A DNA stretch of 64,000 bases, taken from a virus. Each line of letters opens with the position of its first letter. Within the stretch, counting starts at the first letter, position 1. The notes beneath the pieces are model-generated. The model saw only the letters and a list, made by a program, of their open reading frames with translations. It ran no database searches and had not been told where the DNA came from. Made by a program: the position numbers and the translations under genes. The stretch is taken from IMG/VR virus record IMGVR_UViG_3300036981_000255, positions 34,617 through 98,616 of that record; one strand, written 5' to 3'. Below, piece by piece: positions 27,980 to 38,046 of this stretch.

Positions 27980-28720
27980 TCACAAATCATTTTTATAATC
28001 TTGATTGATTTTTTCACGTTTTCTATTGAAATACAATGCTTTGAACTTCTTTAGATTTTCTCGAATGTCTTTAGTATTTAAACCTGTGACACATCTTAGG
28101 CATTCCAAGACTTGGTTTTTGTTGTAATTTTTTCCACCGTCATCAAAGACAGATTCCCAATTTTCCATCAGTTCTATGATTGCATAACCGAGAAGTTCTT
28201 CTGAATCGCTCAAATATCCTGTGTCATCGTTTGTTGCCAAAGTTTCTTTGATAATGTCAATGTACTGGTAGAAGAAATCTCTCATGGCATTCGTTTCAGT
28301 TTCAATAGTGTATGAATATTTTTCATCTTCTATCAAAACGTCCACTTTACTTTCGTAAGATGTTTGCCTTATTTTTCTTTGGACTTCTTTTTGTCTTCTG
28401 CCGATTAAATCATTTTTGATGATTGTACCATAATAAGAATATGCCTTTGCGCCATTCGATGGGTCAAACAAATCTATTTTGGTGTGCAAGAAACTTAACG
28501 TTTCAAACATCAAATCGTCAAACGTTATTTCTTCACTCCACAATTTGTATCTGTTAATAATACTTTCAACCATTTTGAATAGTGGTTGCGCAAGATATTT
28601 TTCATAAATTTCATTGCGTACCACATCATCGTCACTGTTGAGGTATTGAATAACAGCTTCTTCTTGCGGAGTGTCAAAATATCGTACTTGGGTTCGAGGT
28701 CTCCCTCTTGGTTTTTTCAT
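27980..28720 (-). CDS. late-transcription sigma factor (T4 gp55-like)
   Basis: YF...QEEAV..Y, KMVESIINRY, FDPS.G.KAYSYYGTI.KN. Confidence 0.7.
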   Translation of the reverse strand: MKKPRGRPRTQVRYFDTPQEEAVIQYLNSDDDVVRNEIYEKYLAQPLFKMVESIINRYKLWSEEITFDDLMFETLSFLHTKIDLFDPSNGAKAYSYYGTIIKNDLIGRRQKEVQRKIRQTSYESKVDVLIEDEKYSYTIETETNAMRDFFYQYIDIIKETLATNDDTGYLSDSEELLGYAIIELMENWESVFDDGGKNYNKNQVLECLRCVTGLNTKDIRENLKKFKALYFNRKREKINQDYKNDL

Positions 28721-28758
28721 TTTTTATTGGTTAGTAAATAGTTTGTTTTTGCCAATCG

Positions 28759-29001
28759 TCATTTAGTAAATTTAACTTTACCATCACTAATTGATTGTAG
28801 CATTTTTTGCCCATAATCTTTTAATAATTGTTCACGTGAAATTGACCAACCTATTGGTGGCATCGAATAATCTTCAAAATATGTGAATCTAATCATTCCT
28901 GTCATGTTATCACCACCATTTCGTTTTTCACCATTTGGCAATTCACATTCAAAAACACCATTTCCAAGATGTGTTGCGATATATTCTAATTGATTTTCCA
29001 T
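28759..29001 (-). CDS. hypothetical protein
   Basis: 80-aa ORF. Confidence 0.55.
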   Translation of the reverse strand: MENQLEYIATHLGNGVFECELPNGEKRNGGDNMTGMIRFTYFEDYSMPPIGWSISREQLLKDYGQKMLQSISDGKVKFTK

Positions 29002-29025
29002 TGTTATATTTTATTTATTAAAAAA

Positions 29026-29823
29026 TTACGCAAAAGCAATTTCACGGTCATAGTCAAAATGGTACTCTTTTTTGGCTGCGTCATACCAGAACTTTGTTTC
29101 TGTGATAGGCATATCTTTTGTTTGTGAAAAAATTGAACCTTCACGTCCATTGATGTGTTCGTAGATGAATTTTGGAATAACGTAGAAAGTTTTACCAACA
29201 TTCAACATTCTTAGCAAAAACTCATAATCATGGAATTTCACCATAGACTTTTTGAATCCACCGACTTGCAAAAATGCAGACTTTCTGATTGTTGCGCCAG
29301 TTAAACTATACATGTGGAAATTGTGTGTTTTGGCATTTTTAAGGTCGAAATGACCAAATTTTTCCATGTGACCTAAAGACCAAACGACTTCATTTGAAAA
29401 TCCAAGGAAGTTTCCCTTATCATCTTTTTCAAATACAATCCCAAGATATACATCGTAGTCGTATGCTGTAATATGTTGGTTCACATTCAACATGAAATTG
29501 TCAAACAAAACGTCATCGTATTGCAAAATGGTGAAATATTCAGTTTCTACGTTTTGTACAGCATAATTGATTTGACTTTGATAGTCGGTTTCACCATGAT
29601 TGTATAAAAGATGTAAGTTAAAAGATTTATCAATGGTCTCTACCATTTCTTTGTATAAATTTGGCGAAGTAGGTGTAGCCGAACTTGAAACGACTAGCAT
29701 GATGTTGAAAAACTTGTCCTTTTGACTATTCAAAGAAGCAATAGCTCTTTTGGTAAAATCCATTGAAGTTTCAGTTATCTCATGGATTGGAATAATAACT
29801 GTTGTATTTTTTGTATTTGACAT
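29026..29823 (-). CDS. GT2-family glycosyltransferase
   Basis: TVIIPIH, INYAV, YDD, VGGF...HDYEFLLR. Confidence 0.85.
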   Translation of the reverse strand: MSNTKNTTVIIPIHEITETSMDFTKRAIASLNSQKDKFFNIMLVVSSSATPTSPNLYKEMVETIDKSFNLHLLYNHGETDYQSQINYAVQNVETEYFTILQYDDVLFDNFMLNVNQHITAYDYDVYLGIVFEKDDKGNFLGFSNEVVWSLGHMEKFGHFDLKNAKTHNFHMYSLTGATIRKSAFLQVGGFKKSMVKFHDYEFLLRMLNVGKTFYVIPKFIYEHINGREGSIFSQTKDMPITETKFWYDAAKKEYHFDYDREIAFA

Positions 29824-31007
29824 TATTTTACTTTTTGTAGTTTAGTTGTTGGTTTGTTTTGAGCGATTGCATTTGGATTAACTTGAGCAGTCTCAACTAC
29901 TGGTTGCAGCGCTTGCTTGGCGAAGATTTCTTTAATTTTCTCAATTCTGTTTGCAATGATAGATTCAATCGCTGTAACGAGTTGCGTAGATGTATTTTCT
30001 CTCGTGTATTTTGCAACAGTTTCTTCCATTGCACTATAAATCACTGGGTCAAGAGAATCGCTTAACCATAAGTCCAAATATCCTTTGATGTAAGATGGCA
30101 TGTCATTGTCAGATAAAACCCAAATGCCATTATTTTTAGTTTTGTATTGACCCCCTGTTGCAGTTCCCATCCATTCGGGCATAATGTTAGGAATTTTACC
30201 CAAAACTGGAACGCCACATTTCATTGATTCGAGTGGAAAAGTGCCAAAGGAAGAAATATCATCCACCCAAATTGACAAACAACAATCTTTCATACTTGAA
30301 GCGAAATCTTTACGCTCTACATTGTTAACAATTTTATTTTGAATCCAAGCATACTGTGGATATTGGCGGTAGAACATCTGCATAATATCAGTAGCTGTTG
30401 CATTATCACGTGAGAACACCATGATAAATGGTTTGGCAGGTTTATCAGACTTTTCAAAAATCGGTTGAATGTAAGGATTTACCACATGAACATTCAAATT
30501 TTTCAAATTCTTATCAATAAATTCCTTTTGACTTTCAGTTGTTGTAATGACATTTTTGATGCCATAGTTTGCCCAATGATTCCCCATGTTAAGTGTACGG
30601 AATATCAATTTGTACATTTGAGATAAAACTATAAATTCACAGGGCATTTTCAAATTGTTCTGATTCAAATCGTTGAAAAACGGTTGAACATAAACCTCTG
30701 GCAAAATTATAAAATCAATTGGGCTGATAGCGCCAACTTTAGCCGTACTGATGTGTGGCAAATTGGTGTAATTGCTCCCAAGCCATTTTGGCATATTGTA
30801 TTCGGCTTCTGTAAAAATGTAGGCTTCGTAACCTTTCTCTTTCAAAATTGAAACCAAGTCATATACATGACCAATTGCGCCACTTGGATGACCTTTTGTA
30901 TCAGGTGTATAAAAATACAATTTTGACTTTTTGTTTTGAAGCCCTTCGACAAGAAGTTGCTCTTTCTCTTTGTTGGTTAGTTGCTTTGATTGTGTTGGAT
31001 TTTCCAT
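29823..31007 (-). CDS. GT-B (GT4-like) glycosyltransferase
   Basis: PSGAIGHVY, IILPE, SSFGTFPLESMKCGVPV. Confidence 0.8.
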   Translation of the reverse strand: MENPTQSKQLTNKEKEQLLVEGLQNKKSKLYFYTPDTKGHPSGAIGHVYDLVSILKEKGYEAYIFTEAEYNMPKWLGSNYTNLPHISTAKVGAISPIDFIILPEVYVQPFFNDLNQNNLKMPCEFIVLSQMYKLIFRTLNMGNHWANYGIKNVITTTESQKEFIDKNLKNLNVHVVNPYIQPIFEKSDKPAKPFIMVFSRDNATATDIMQMFYRQYPQYAWIQNKIVNNVERKDFASSMKDCCLSIWVDDISSFGTFPLESMKCGVPVLGKIPNIMPEWMGTATGGQYKTKNNGIWVLSDNDMPSYIKGYLDLWLSDSLDPVIYSAMEETVAKYTRENTSTQLVTAIESIIANRIEKIKEIFAKQALQPVVETAQVNPNAIAQNKPTTKLQKVK

Positions 31008-31016
31008 TATTTATGT

Positions 31017-31322
31017 TTATTGGTTGCTTATTTGTGTTTGTCCTTCTGTTTCATCACAACAGCCGACAGAAGCTGTTTGTTGTTTTAGTTTACAGTCTTC
31101 GTTTGTTTTGCAATCGCAATTATTACAATTGTTTTTTACTAGGATTTTGTTCTTCAACAACGTTGTTAACATTAATTCTTCTTGTTCACTGCCCAATTCG
31201 TTGTTTAGTGTAAATACCACAGCATCTAACATTTTATGAATTATAGAATTTGTATAATGTGATTCTGTTTTTGCAAATGCTTCAATTCGAGTTAAATCTA
31301 TTTGATAATCTTTTAAGTTCAT
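31017..31322 (-). CDS. hypothetical protein
   Basis: 101 aa, Cys-rich C-terminus. Confidence 0.5.
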   Translation of the reverse strand: MNLKDYQIDLTRIEAFAKTESHYTNSIIHKMLDAVVFTLNNELGSEQEELMLTTLLKNKILVKNNCNNCDCKTNEDCKLKQQTASVGCCDETEGQTQISNQ

Positions 31323-31359
31323 ATTGTTTTATTTATTTTTTTTAGGTTTATACCATCTA

Positions 31360-32208
31360 CTATGCTTCCGCTACCTCTTTAGATTTTTCAAGCCAAAAAC
31401 TTCTGATTTCCTTTAAATTGTCAAAGGACATGTTAGCCCTGTTTTCTAACTTATCGGTAAGATGTTCAACTTTGTTATATTCACTATTGATTTTGAAGCA
31501 AAGTTTGTTTTTTGGCTTTGTTTTTATAATATATGGATTTGCAGTTATAATTAAATCGTATAATTCCCATACTTGCGAGTAGTCGTATAAAAACTTGGTA
31601 TTATTGCAGCGAAAGTTGTTTTGGGCAAGGAAAAGGTGTGTTGCAGGGATAGAACTGCTGCGTTCTTGGCTGACAATTGTAACAGAATGACCCATTTCAA
31701 CCATCATTTGATACAACACATTCAAATCATGGACAGCGTTAGGGTAACTAGGATTGGTTTTGCCGAACAATTGAAATGCAAAATCTTCATAAACAAATTC
31801 TTTGTAATCAGCTTTGTCAATGAATGTGCAAACTTTAGACATTCCTTCAATGTCATCCGATTCAGGTAAGTTCAACAAAGTTCTATCGTCTTCAACTTCC
31901 AATGGCTTCATCACAAAATCATCTGGATTTGTAACGTCTATTGGTGTGTCAGTTAAATCCATTTGTTGCACGAATACCGACTTCATTTCTTGAATTTCGT
32001 TGACTGGTGTGCCGTTGAACAATTGTGGCTCTAAAGATTCAAGATTTTCTGCACTATTTTCTGTTTGGTCGTCAAATTCAAGTTCTAAGTCTTCGTCTAA
32101 GGGTGTTTCCACGAATTTCTCAAGACTTTCAAGGTATTCTTTGTGAACTTCAATGAAATTACCTTTGAAATCTCGAACTACTTCGTTGAGTGTTATTCCA
32201 ATTCTCAT
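31360..32208 (-). CDS. HAD/5'(3')-nucleotidase-like protein with degenerate motif I and an acidic insertion
   Basis: MRIGITLNEVVRD (DxD lost), YPNAVHDLN, YDLIITANP, YNK. Confidence 0.55.
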   Translation of the reverse strand: MRIGITLNEVVRDFKGNFIEVHKEYLESLEKFVETPLDEDLELEFDDQTENSAENLESLEPQLFNGTPVNEIQEMKSVFVQQMDLTDTPIDVTNPDDFVMKPLEVEDDRTLLNLPESDDIEGMSKVCTFIDKADYKEFVYEDFAFQLFGKTNPSYPNAVHDLNVLYQMMVEMGHSVTIVSQERSSSIPATHLFLAQNNFRCNNTKFLYDYSQVWELYDLIITANPYIIKTKPKNKLCFKINSEYNKVEHLTDKLENRANMSFDNLKEIRSFWLEKSKEVAEA

Positions 32209-32252
32209 TTAATTAATGTTTTTAAGACTAATATAAATGGATTTTTAGTGAA

Positions 32253-33248
32253 TTAAAATCTATAAACTTCTTTCAAAATAGTACAAATTAGTTCAGCAGA
32301 TTTTCCGTTGCCATAAGGACAAGGTTCATTAATTTCATAATCGTTAATAACTTGTTCAAATATCATTGACAAATCATTAGGCGTTGGACATAAAATCAAA
32401 TGGTTACTTTTTTCCATTCTTTCAGATTCAACTCTGCAAACGATAACCTTCTTTTGAAGAAACGTTGCTTCTTCTTGGATGCCACCAGAATCAGTGATAA
32501 CTGTTTTACAATCTTTCAAAATATTGATTAAATCTTCATGCGCTAATGGTTCTACAACTTTAACATTTGTCAATAAATTTTTATGCTTTAAAACATTAGG
32601 ATTCGGATGAATCGGAAGGATAAATTCAATTTGTGAATATTTATTTGCCAATTGATTTATTTCATTAAACCATTGGTCTATTTTATTATGATTTTCTCTC
32701 CGATGAAGTGTACACAATACTTTGTCAGTATAACTTGGAACTACGTCAATCAAATGGTCTAAAACAGTGTTTCCAACAACATAAGTTTTTCCGCCACATC
32801 TTTCCATTTCAATGTTATCGGCATTACTTTGTGTGGGACATAAATGCACAGCCGTAAGACGTGAAACCATTTGTCTATATGCTTCTTCAGGATACGGATT
32901 TTCTAAATCATAAGTTCTTAAACCTGCTTCAAGATGAATGATTGGAACTTTCAAATTGTAATATTTCAAAGCAATAGCACAGACAGAAGCAGTGTCACCT
33001 TGAACTAAAACAGCAGAAGGCTTTAAATCTTCTAATTCAGAAGACACTATAATTGAAGCAAATATGTTGTTCAAACGTTCAATGGGTCTATTCGGGATTA
33101 TCAATTGATAATCAAAAAAACCATCAGTGATAGATTCATGTTGTCCTGTGAACAGAATTTTAAAATCTATTGAATTTGTCTTGAATATATTGATTAAAGG
33201 TTTTATTTTAATCCATTCAGGTCGTGTGCCGTATGTGAGTAATATCAT
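32253..33248 (-). CDS. wecB: UDP-N-acetylglucosamine 2-epimerase
   Basis: GTRPEWIK, TGQH, VQGDT, HLEAGLRT, PYPEE, TLHRREN, TDSGGIQEEA, PYGNG. Confidence 0.95.
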   Translation of the reverse strand: MILLTYGTRPEWIKIKPLINIFKTNSIDFKILFTGQHESITDGFFDYQLIIPNRPIERLNNIFASIIVSSELEDLKPSAVLVQGDTASVCAIALKYYNLKVPIIHLEAGLRTYDLENPYPEEAYRQMVSRLTAVHLCPTQSNADNIEMERCGGKTYVVGNTVLDHLIDVVPSYTDKVLCTLHRRENHNKIDQWFNEINQLANKYSQIEFILPIHPNPNVLKHKNLLTNVKVVEPLAHEDLINILKDCKTVITDSGGIQEEATFLQKKVIVCRVESERMEKSNHLILCPTPNDLSMIFEQVINDYEINEPCPYGNGKSAELICTILKEVYRF

Positions 33249-33251
33249 TTG

Positions 33252-33830
33252 TTATTTCTTAATGGTTAAATATCCACATTTTAAATGCGAATATCTAAGA
33301 TTTTTATATTTTGATGTTGAACCATTTAACGGTGTCGCAACTTGTGTTATCTTTCTATTTAAAAATAATTCTACAGCATTTAAATCTAATCCTCTCGAAT
33401 CATTCAAATCAAATGTTATTATCAATTTTCCACCAGATTTAAGTTGTTTAATTTGATTTTTTAATATTTCAACGTGTGGCACATTCTTTATTTCTTCTAA
33501 AGTTGAAACATTTATTATGCAATCAAATTTACCATGAAAAACTGGATTATCTTTTGTTATATCATATACAAAAGTGTTAGGTAATTCAGATTTTTGTATA
33601 TCTGAATTCAAAACATTAATATATTCTTTTTCTAATATATTCTTAAATGTAATATGTACACCCATATACCCCCAACAAGAGTTATGTATTAGAATATCAT
33701 TGTTTTCAAATTTAGAAAGTTCCTGCAAAACAAAATGATATTCATAAGGACGTGACCAACTATACTCATCTATAAATCTAACGTCAACGTCATCATTACA
33801 ATCAAAATAACTGAAATTCTCAATTATCAT
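33252..33830 (-). CDS. SAM-dependent methyltransferase-like protein
   Basis: WSRPYEY, FDCIINVSTLEE, LKSGGKLIITFD. Confidence 0.7.
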   Translation of the reverse strand: MIIENFSYFDCNDDVDVRFIDEYSWSRPYEYHFVLQELSKFENNDILIHNSCWGYMGVHITFKNILEKEYINVLNSDIQKSELPNTFVYDITKDNPVFHGKFDCIINVSTLEEIKNVPHVEILKNQIKQLKSGGKLIITFDLNDSRGLDLNAVELFLNRKITQVATPLNGSTSKYKNLRYSHLKCGYLTIKK

Positions 33831-33837
33831 AGCAATA

Positions 33838-34503
33838 TTAATTATTTATATTTTTAATTTCATATAATCCACAATTTATCCCATTAAACCAAATATCCTC
33901 TGAATTATTATATAAAATTATTTCTTTATGAACACAATCTACTTCAAATATATCTTTTAATCTTTTTTCAAAATCATAATGGGATAAATCATCAATAAAA
34001 ACATAAGAGCCATTTACTAATTTATTAACAAGATGTAAAAATGCAATAGACCTCCCATTACCATGACTTCCATCTAAAAGTACAAAGTCTATTTCAAATG
34101 GTACGTCATTTTCATTTAACTTATAAAAAGTATTTTTTTGCCTAGATGTTGCAGGTGTAGTTTTAGTTTTGAATTTATTTGAATCATAAGATTTATTAAT
34201 AAACATTTGATTAAAATCTACATCACTGCATTCTTCCAAATCTTTTATTAATAAAGATAAATTTTCATGTTTTATTTTAGCAGCATAATTTATATCACTA
34301 TCAAAAGAAACAATGTTAAATTTTTTACCCATTTTTTCTAACAAATCTATCAAAAATATAGTAGATACACCAGAACCAAATTCAACAATTGATACAAATT
34401 CTTTATCTTTGAATTTATGTTCAAACAAAGATGTTATCAATTCTAAAGATTTTTTAGATAATCCCCAGCCACCATTTTTATATTTTTCGTAATTCATAAT
34501 CAT
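33838..34503 (-). CDS. SAM-dependent methyltransferase
   Basis: IVEFGSGVST, DFVLLDG, GSYVFIDD. Confidence 0.8.
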   Translation of the reverse strand: MIMNYEKYKNGGWGLSKKSLELITSLFEHKFKDKEFVSIVEFGSGVSTIFLIDLLEKMGKKFNIVSFDSDINYAAKIKHENLSLLIKDLEECSDVDFNQMFINKSYDSNKFKTKTTPATSRQKNTFYKLNENDVPFEIDFVLLDGSHGNGRSIAFLHLVNKLVNGSYVFIDDLSHYDFEKRLKDIFEVDCVHKEIILYNNSEDIWFNGINCGLYEIKNINN

Positions 34504-34508
34504 TTTTT

Positions 34509-35240
34509 TTACCAGATACAGGTTTTTGTTAATGTATTGCCATTTTTTAAATATTTTCGAGTTGCGCCCAAGCCAAGCATCACATCTAAAGTTGAACCAA
34601 TATCCAAAAATGTATTTTTAGTATTTAATTTATGACATTCTAAAATAGCAAGATTTGAAAATGTTCCAGCAGCAAATAAAAAAATACAATCTTTAACATT
34701 TTTTGCAATTTCTTTTATTTCTTCTATTTTATGATAGTCTTGAATCCATGCGTTTGCTCCAATTTTCACATGATTTATAGGATTGAAAGGAATTTTGCTT
34801 AAATCTGATTTTTCATGTGAAATAAGTACAATTTTTTCATTTTTTAACATTGGTAATAATACATGGCAAAACTTTTGATAGTTAGAATTAACAAAGATAT
34901 TTGCCCAAGTTAATCTATTTGCAGGTTGTTTAGATTGTTTCACTATTCTATTAAAACTATCAATTCCAACACAGCAACTACATGGTAACCCTACAAAATA
35001 TGAATCATTTTGATATTCTAAAGATTCAAGCATTTTTTTTTGAAAAAAAACATGGCTACTGTCAGTTGGGTCATATTTATGTTCTCCATTAAATTTCAGT
35101 GAAATATCAATAGGTTCACCATCAATTATTTTTAATTCTCCATCACCGAATCTTGTTAATGAAAAATTTTCGTGATTTTTTATTTTATTAATAAAAATAT
35201 CTAAATCACCGTTAAAAGTTTTATTTACCATCTCTTGCAA
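34509..35240 (-). CDS. GT-D fold (DUF1792-like) glycosyltransferase
   Basis: FSLTRFGDGE, FLFAAG, LDIGS.LD. Confidence 0.8.
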   Translation of the reverse strand: MQEMVNKTFNGDLDIFINKIKNHENFSLTRFGDGELKIIDGEPIDISLKFNGEHKYDPTDSSHVFFQKKMLESLEYQNDSYFVGLPCSCCVGIDSFNRIVKQSKQPANRLTWANIFVNSNYQKFCHVLLPMLKNEKIVLISHEKSDLSKIPFNPINHVKIGANAWIQDYHKIEEIKEIAKNVKDCIFLFAAGTFSNLAILECHKLNTKNTFLDIGSTLDVMLGLGATRKYLKNGNTLTKTCIW

Positions 35241-35955
35241 GTTTCCAGCCTTTTTTTATATAAATATTACACAAACTATTTCTAATCTCATAATGGTTAG
35301 AAGTGTGTAAATGTGTGGCGTTTACATCATTTCCCCACTTTACTGCAAATTCAGTATTATTACCCCAAACTTCTTTATTAGTTGGTGGATGTGGTGGCAC
35401 GAATGTATTTATGTTTCCATACTTTTGACATAGATATGAAAATTGAATATCTTCTCCATTATCCCAAGATTGTGGTTCTTCCATCCACATATATTTTAAC
35501 CACTCTTTCTTAAAAAACCAAGCATGACCAACTAAATCAACTCTAACTGGCTCAACATTATTGTTAGCTGTCCAACCGAATTTTTGATTTGGTGAATAAT
35601 TGTTATTAATCAATTTAACACCTGATGCGCCAAGAATCCCATTTACTTTTTCAATTGTACTTAAACAATTTGAAAACCATTTTTTTTGTGGTAAACAATC
35701 ATCATCAAAAATTGCAATATATTTAGTTTTTGCTAAAAGACCTAATGCAAATCTGCCGTGAAATTTAAAATTATGTGAACAATTAATAACTTTAATTGTT
35801 GGGTCAGTGATAACTAGTTTAGGTTTAGTACCCATGTTATACCATATCCAAATTTCTTCTGGTGGATTTGTCTGTTCTTTCAAACACTTAATTTGCATTA
35901 ATAATGTTTCAGGTCTATTATAAGCCGTTAGAATTGCAGTGATACCGTTAGTCAT
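35221..35955 (-). CDS. GT-A glycosyltransferase
   Basis: ITAILTAYNRP, FDDD, VDLVGHAWF, GEDIQFSY. Confidence 0.85.
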   Translation of the reverse strand: MTNGITAILTAYNRPETLLMQIKCLKEQTNPPEEIWIWYNMGTKPKLVITDPTIKVINCSHNFKFHGRFALGLLAKTKYIAIFDDDCLPQKKWFSNCLSTIEKVNGILGASGVKLINNNYSPNQKFGWTANNNVEPVRVDLVGHAWFFKKEWLKYMWMEEPQSWDNGEDIQFSYLCQKYGNINTFVPPHPPTNKEVWGNNTEFAVKWGNDVNATHLHTSNHYEIRNSLCNIYIKKGWKLARDGK

Positions 35956-37616
35956 TTTTCAAAATTTTTAGTGATAATTTTATGTTTTTTTCTAATAGTT
36001 GGATTCATAATTGAAACATCACCTAAATGATTTACAAGTGATTTTTTAGGAATATAAACATGGTAACCCAAATTATTTATCAAATGTGACATTTGTCGCC
36101 AAACACCCGAAGATAGGTCTTGATTATTTGCCCACCTAGTCATTGAAATTTCATCAAGTTTAAATTTAATCGTATTTAAAAAATTTACAGGATATATTGC
36201 GCCACCATCAACCCAATGTTTTAAACCCCACCTAACTAAATTGGAGCTTGCATCTGTTTGAGCTTTGATTACAAAATTACCTTTATTTGAATCAATAATT
36301 TGTTGAATTTTTTTAAAAAAATCAGAGGTTAATTCAAAATCGTCATCCAATTGAATAAACCATTTAAATTGGTATTGTTTGACAATTGCCAATAAATTGT
36401 TTATTGTTTGCCAATATTTATGTTTTCCATTATTTTTAACATTTCTAATTAACGTTAAATCTGGACAAATTTCAGACAATTTTAAATATTCAGATACTTG
36501 TGGTGAAAAATCATCAATTACAATAATTTTTACAGAATATTGTTTTTTCTGTAAATTTAAAATAGATACTAAACTACTCACATCTTTAACTCTTGAATAT
36601 GATGGAATACCAACTATAAAATCGTAAGATGTACCCACATCATTATTACTATAAACTATACCAAACTCTTTAGACTGAATATATTGGTATGGTTTATTGT
36701 CAACAGCCTTAATGGGTTCAAACTTCTTCTGAAATGCCGTCAATATCTTTTGATTTTCACCAACACCGTTAGAATCTCTTGCAACTACTGGCGCAACATT
36801 CACAGAACCAGAACCAATAGACATATCATTCCTCAAACCAAGTCCTGCGCCACCGAGCATAATCAAAGGACGTTTTATATATCTTTTGTCTTTTGTTTTG
36901 TCCCAAACTTTTGATATGAAGCGATAATCGCCACATTTCCAGCCATCCCATTTGATTGTTTTGGCGATTCCACTATGAACAAGGATGCAAGGACTACCGA
37001 TTCTGCCGAGTCGTGGTTTGGCGTTCATTTCAGTTAGTGGTGGAAGAAGATTGCCAGTAGGATATTTCATTTGAAAAATCAAAAGGTCTGTGTTGCTTTT
37101 GATTTCATTGACCATAGACTGAATTGCATTGTTATCTATCAAGTAGTCATCATCATCAAGGATTAAAACCCAACCTTCGTTTATTTTTTCAATTAGAGTG
37201 TTGAAGTAAAGATTGTAAATGAAACGTTTGCCAGTATTGGGATTGGGAATATCTGGCATTTTTTCAACTTTTTCTTTGTCGATAAAAATATAGTCAGAGA
37301 AGCCGTCCAGTTCAACGTAAGATTTATCAGCCAAAGAATCTATTGACACAATATGTCTTATGTTTTGATAGATTTGTCCTTTGATTGAATCTCGACATCT
37401 TTTGAAACTATTAGGTCTGTTGCTTGTGCGAGTGATAATGTTTATCAAAGGCTCTTTTTCAGTTATTAAAATTGGACTTTGTACTAAATTCGTTTGATTT
37501 TGAATAACGACAGTCCTCTTTGCAACAACTGTTTTAGTTGGCATTTTAGGCGCAATCCTTTCGACTGATATACTTCTATTGTTTTGGCGTTCTGCTAATT
37601 TTTTGATGTGTTTCAT
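35952..37616 (-). CDS. double-domain GT-A glycosyltransferase
   Basis: NIITRTSNRP...LDDDD and VGIPSYSR...QLDDD domains. Confidence 0.8.
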   Translation of the reverse strand: MKHIKKLAERQNNRSISVERIAPKMPTKTVVAKRTVVIQNQTNLVQSPILITEKEPLINIITRTSNRPNSFKRCRDSIKGQIYQNIRHIVSIDSLADKSYVELDGFSDYIFIDKEKVEKMPDIPNPNTGKRFIYNLYFNTLIEKINEGWVLILDDDDYLIDNNAIQSMVNEIKSNTDLLIFQMKYPTGNLLPPLTEMNAKPRLGRIGSPCILVHSGIAKTIKWDGWKCGDYRFISKVWDKTKDKRYIKRPLIMLGGAGLGLRNDMSIGSGSVNVAPVVARDSNGVGENQKILTAFQKKFEPIKAVDNKPYQYIQSKEFGIVYSNNDVGTSYDFIVGIPSYSRVKDVSSLVSILNLQKKQYSVKIIVIDDFSPQVSEYLKLSEICPDLTLIRNVKNNGKHKYWQTINNLLAIVKQYQFKWFIQLDDDFELTSDFFKKIQQIIDSNKGNFVIKAQTDASSNLVRWGLKHWVDGGAIYPVNFLNTIKFKLDEISMTRWANNQDLSSGVWRQMSHLINNLGYHVYIPKKSLVNHLGDVSIMNPTIRKKHKIITKNFEK

Positions 37617-37626
37617 TTATTCGATT

Positions 37627-38046
37627 TTAATTGGAAATAGGTTCATTAAAAATAATGTTCCAACCATCTAAATTTTCCCAATCACCATTTAAAGTTAAAA
37701 CCTGTAAATCTTTCGATAATACAGGTTCAAATGAGATATATTCCACCCCTTTATTATTCCGTATTCTTGGAGATAGTGTAAAATTATTATTTTTTTTAAT
37801 TCTTAAAATAACGCTATTGTGTACTCCACCTTTAGAATTTGCGTAATATTTAGCATAATCTAAACTGTTTGTAAAAGAAATAGATGGCATTTTTTCACCA
37901 GTATTATTGGTTTTCATATATCCATCACGTTGAATACCTAATGTTGCGCCCTTGCTTGTTCCATGATAAAGATATACATCTTCAGACTCTTCAATAAACA
38001 TCTTTTGATATTGTTGTTCAGACAATAGGATTTTTTTCTTTTTCAT
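37627..38046 (-). CDS. leader-tagged ADP-ribosyltransferase-like protein
   Basis: MKKKKILLSEQQYQKMFIEE; YLYHGTS, I...G, ISFT.SLDYAKYYA, VILRI, EY. Confidence 0.65.
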   Translation of the reverse strand: MKKKKILLSEQQYQKMFIEESEDVYLYHGTSKGATLGIQRDGYMKTNNTGEKMPSISFTNSLDYAKYYANSKGGVHNSVILRIKKNNNFTLSPRIRNNKGVEYISFEPVLSKDLQVLTLNGDWENLDGWNIIFNEPISN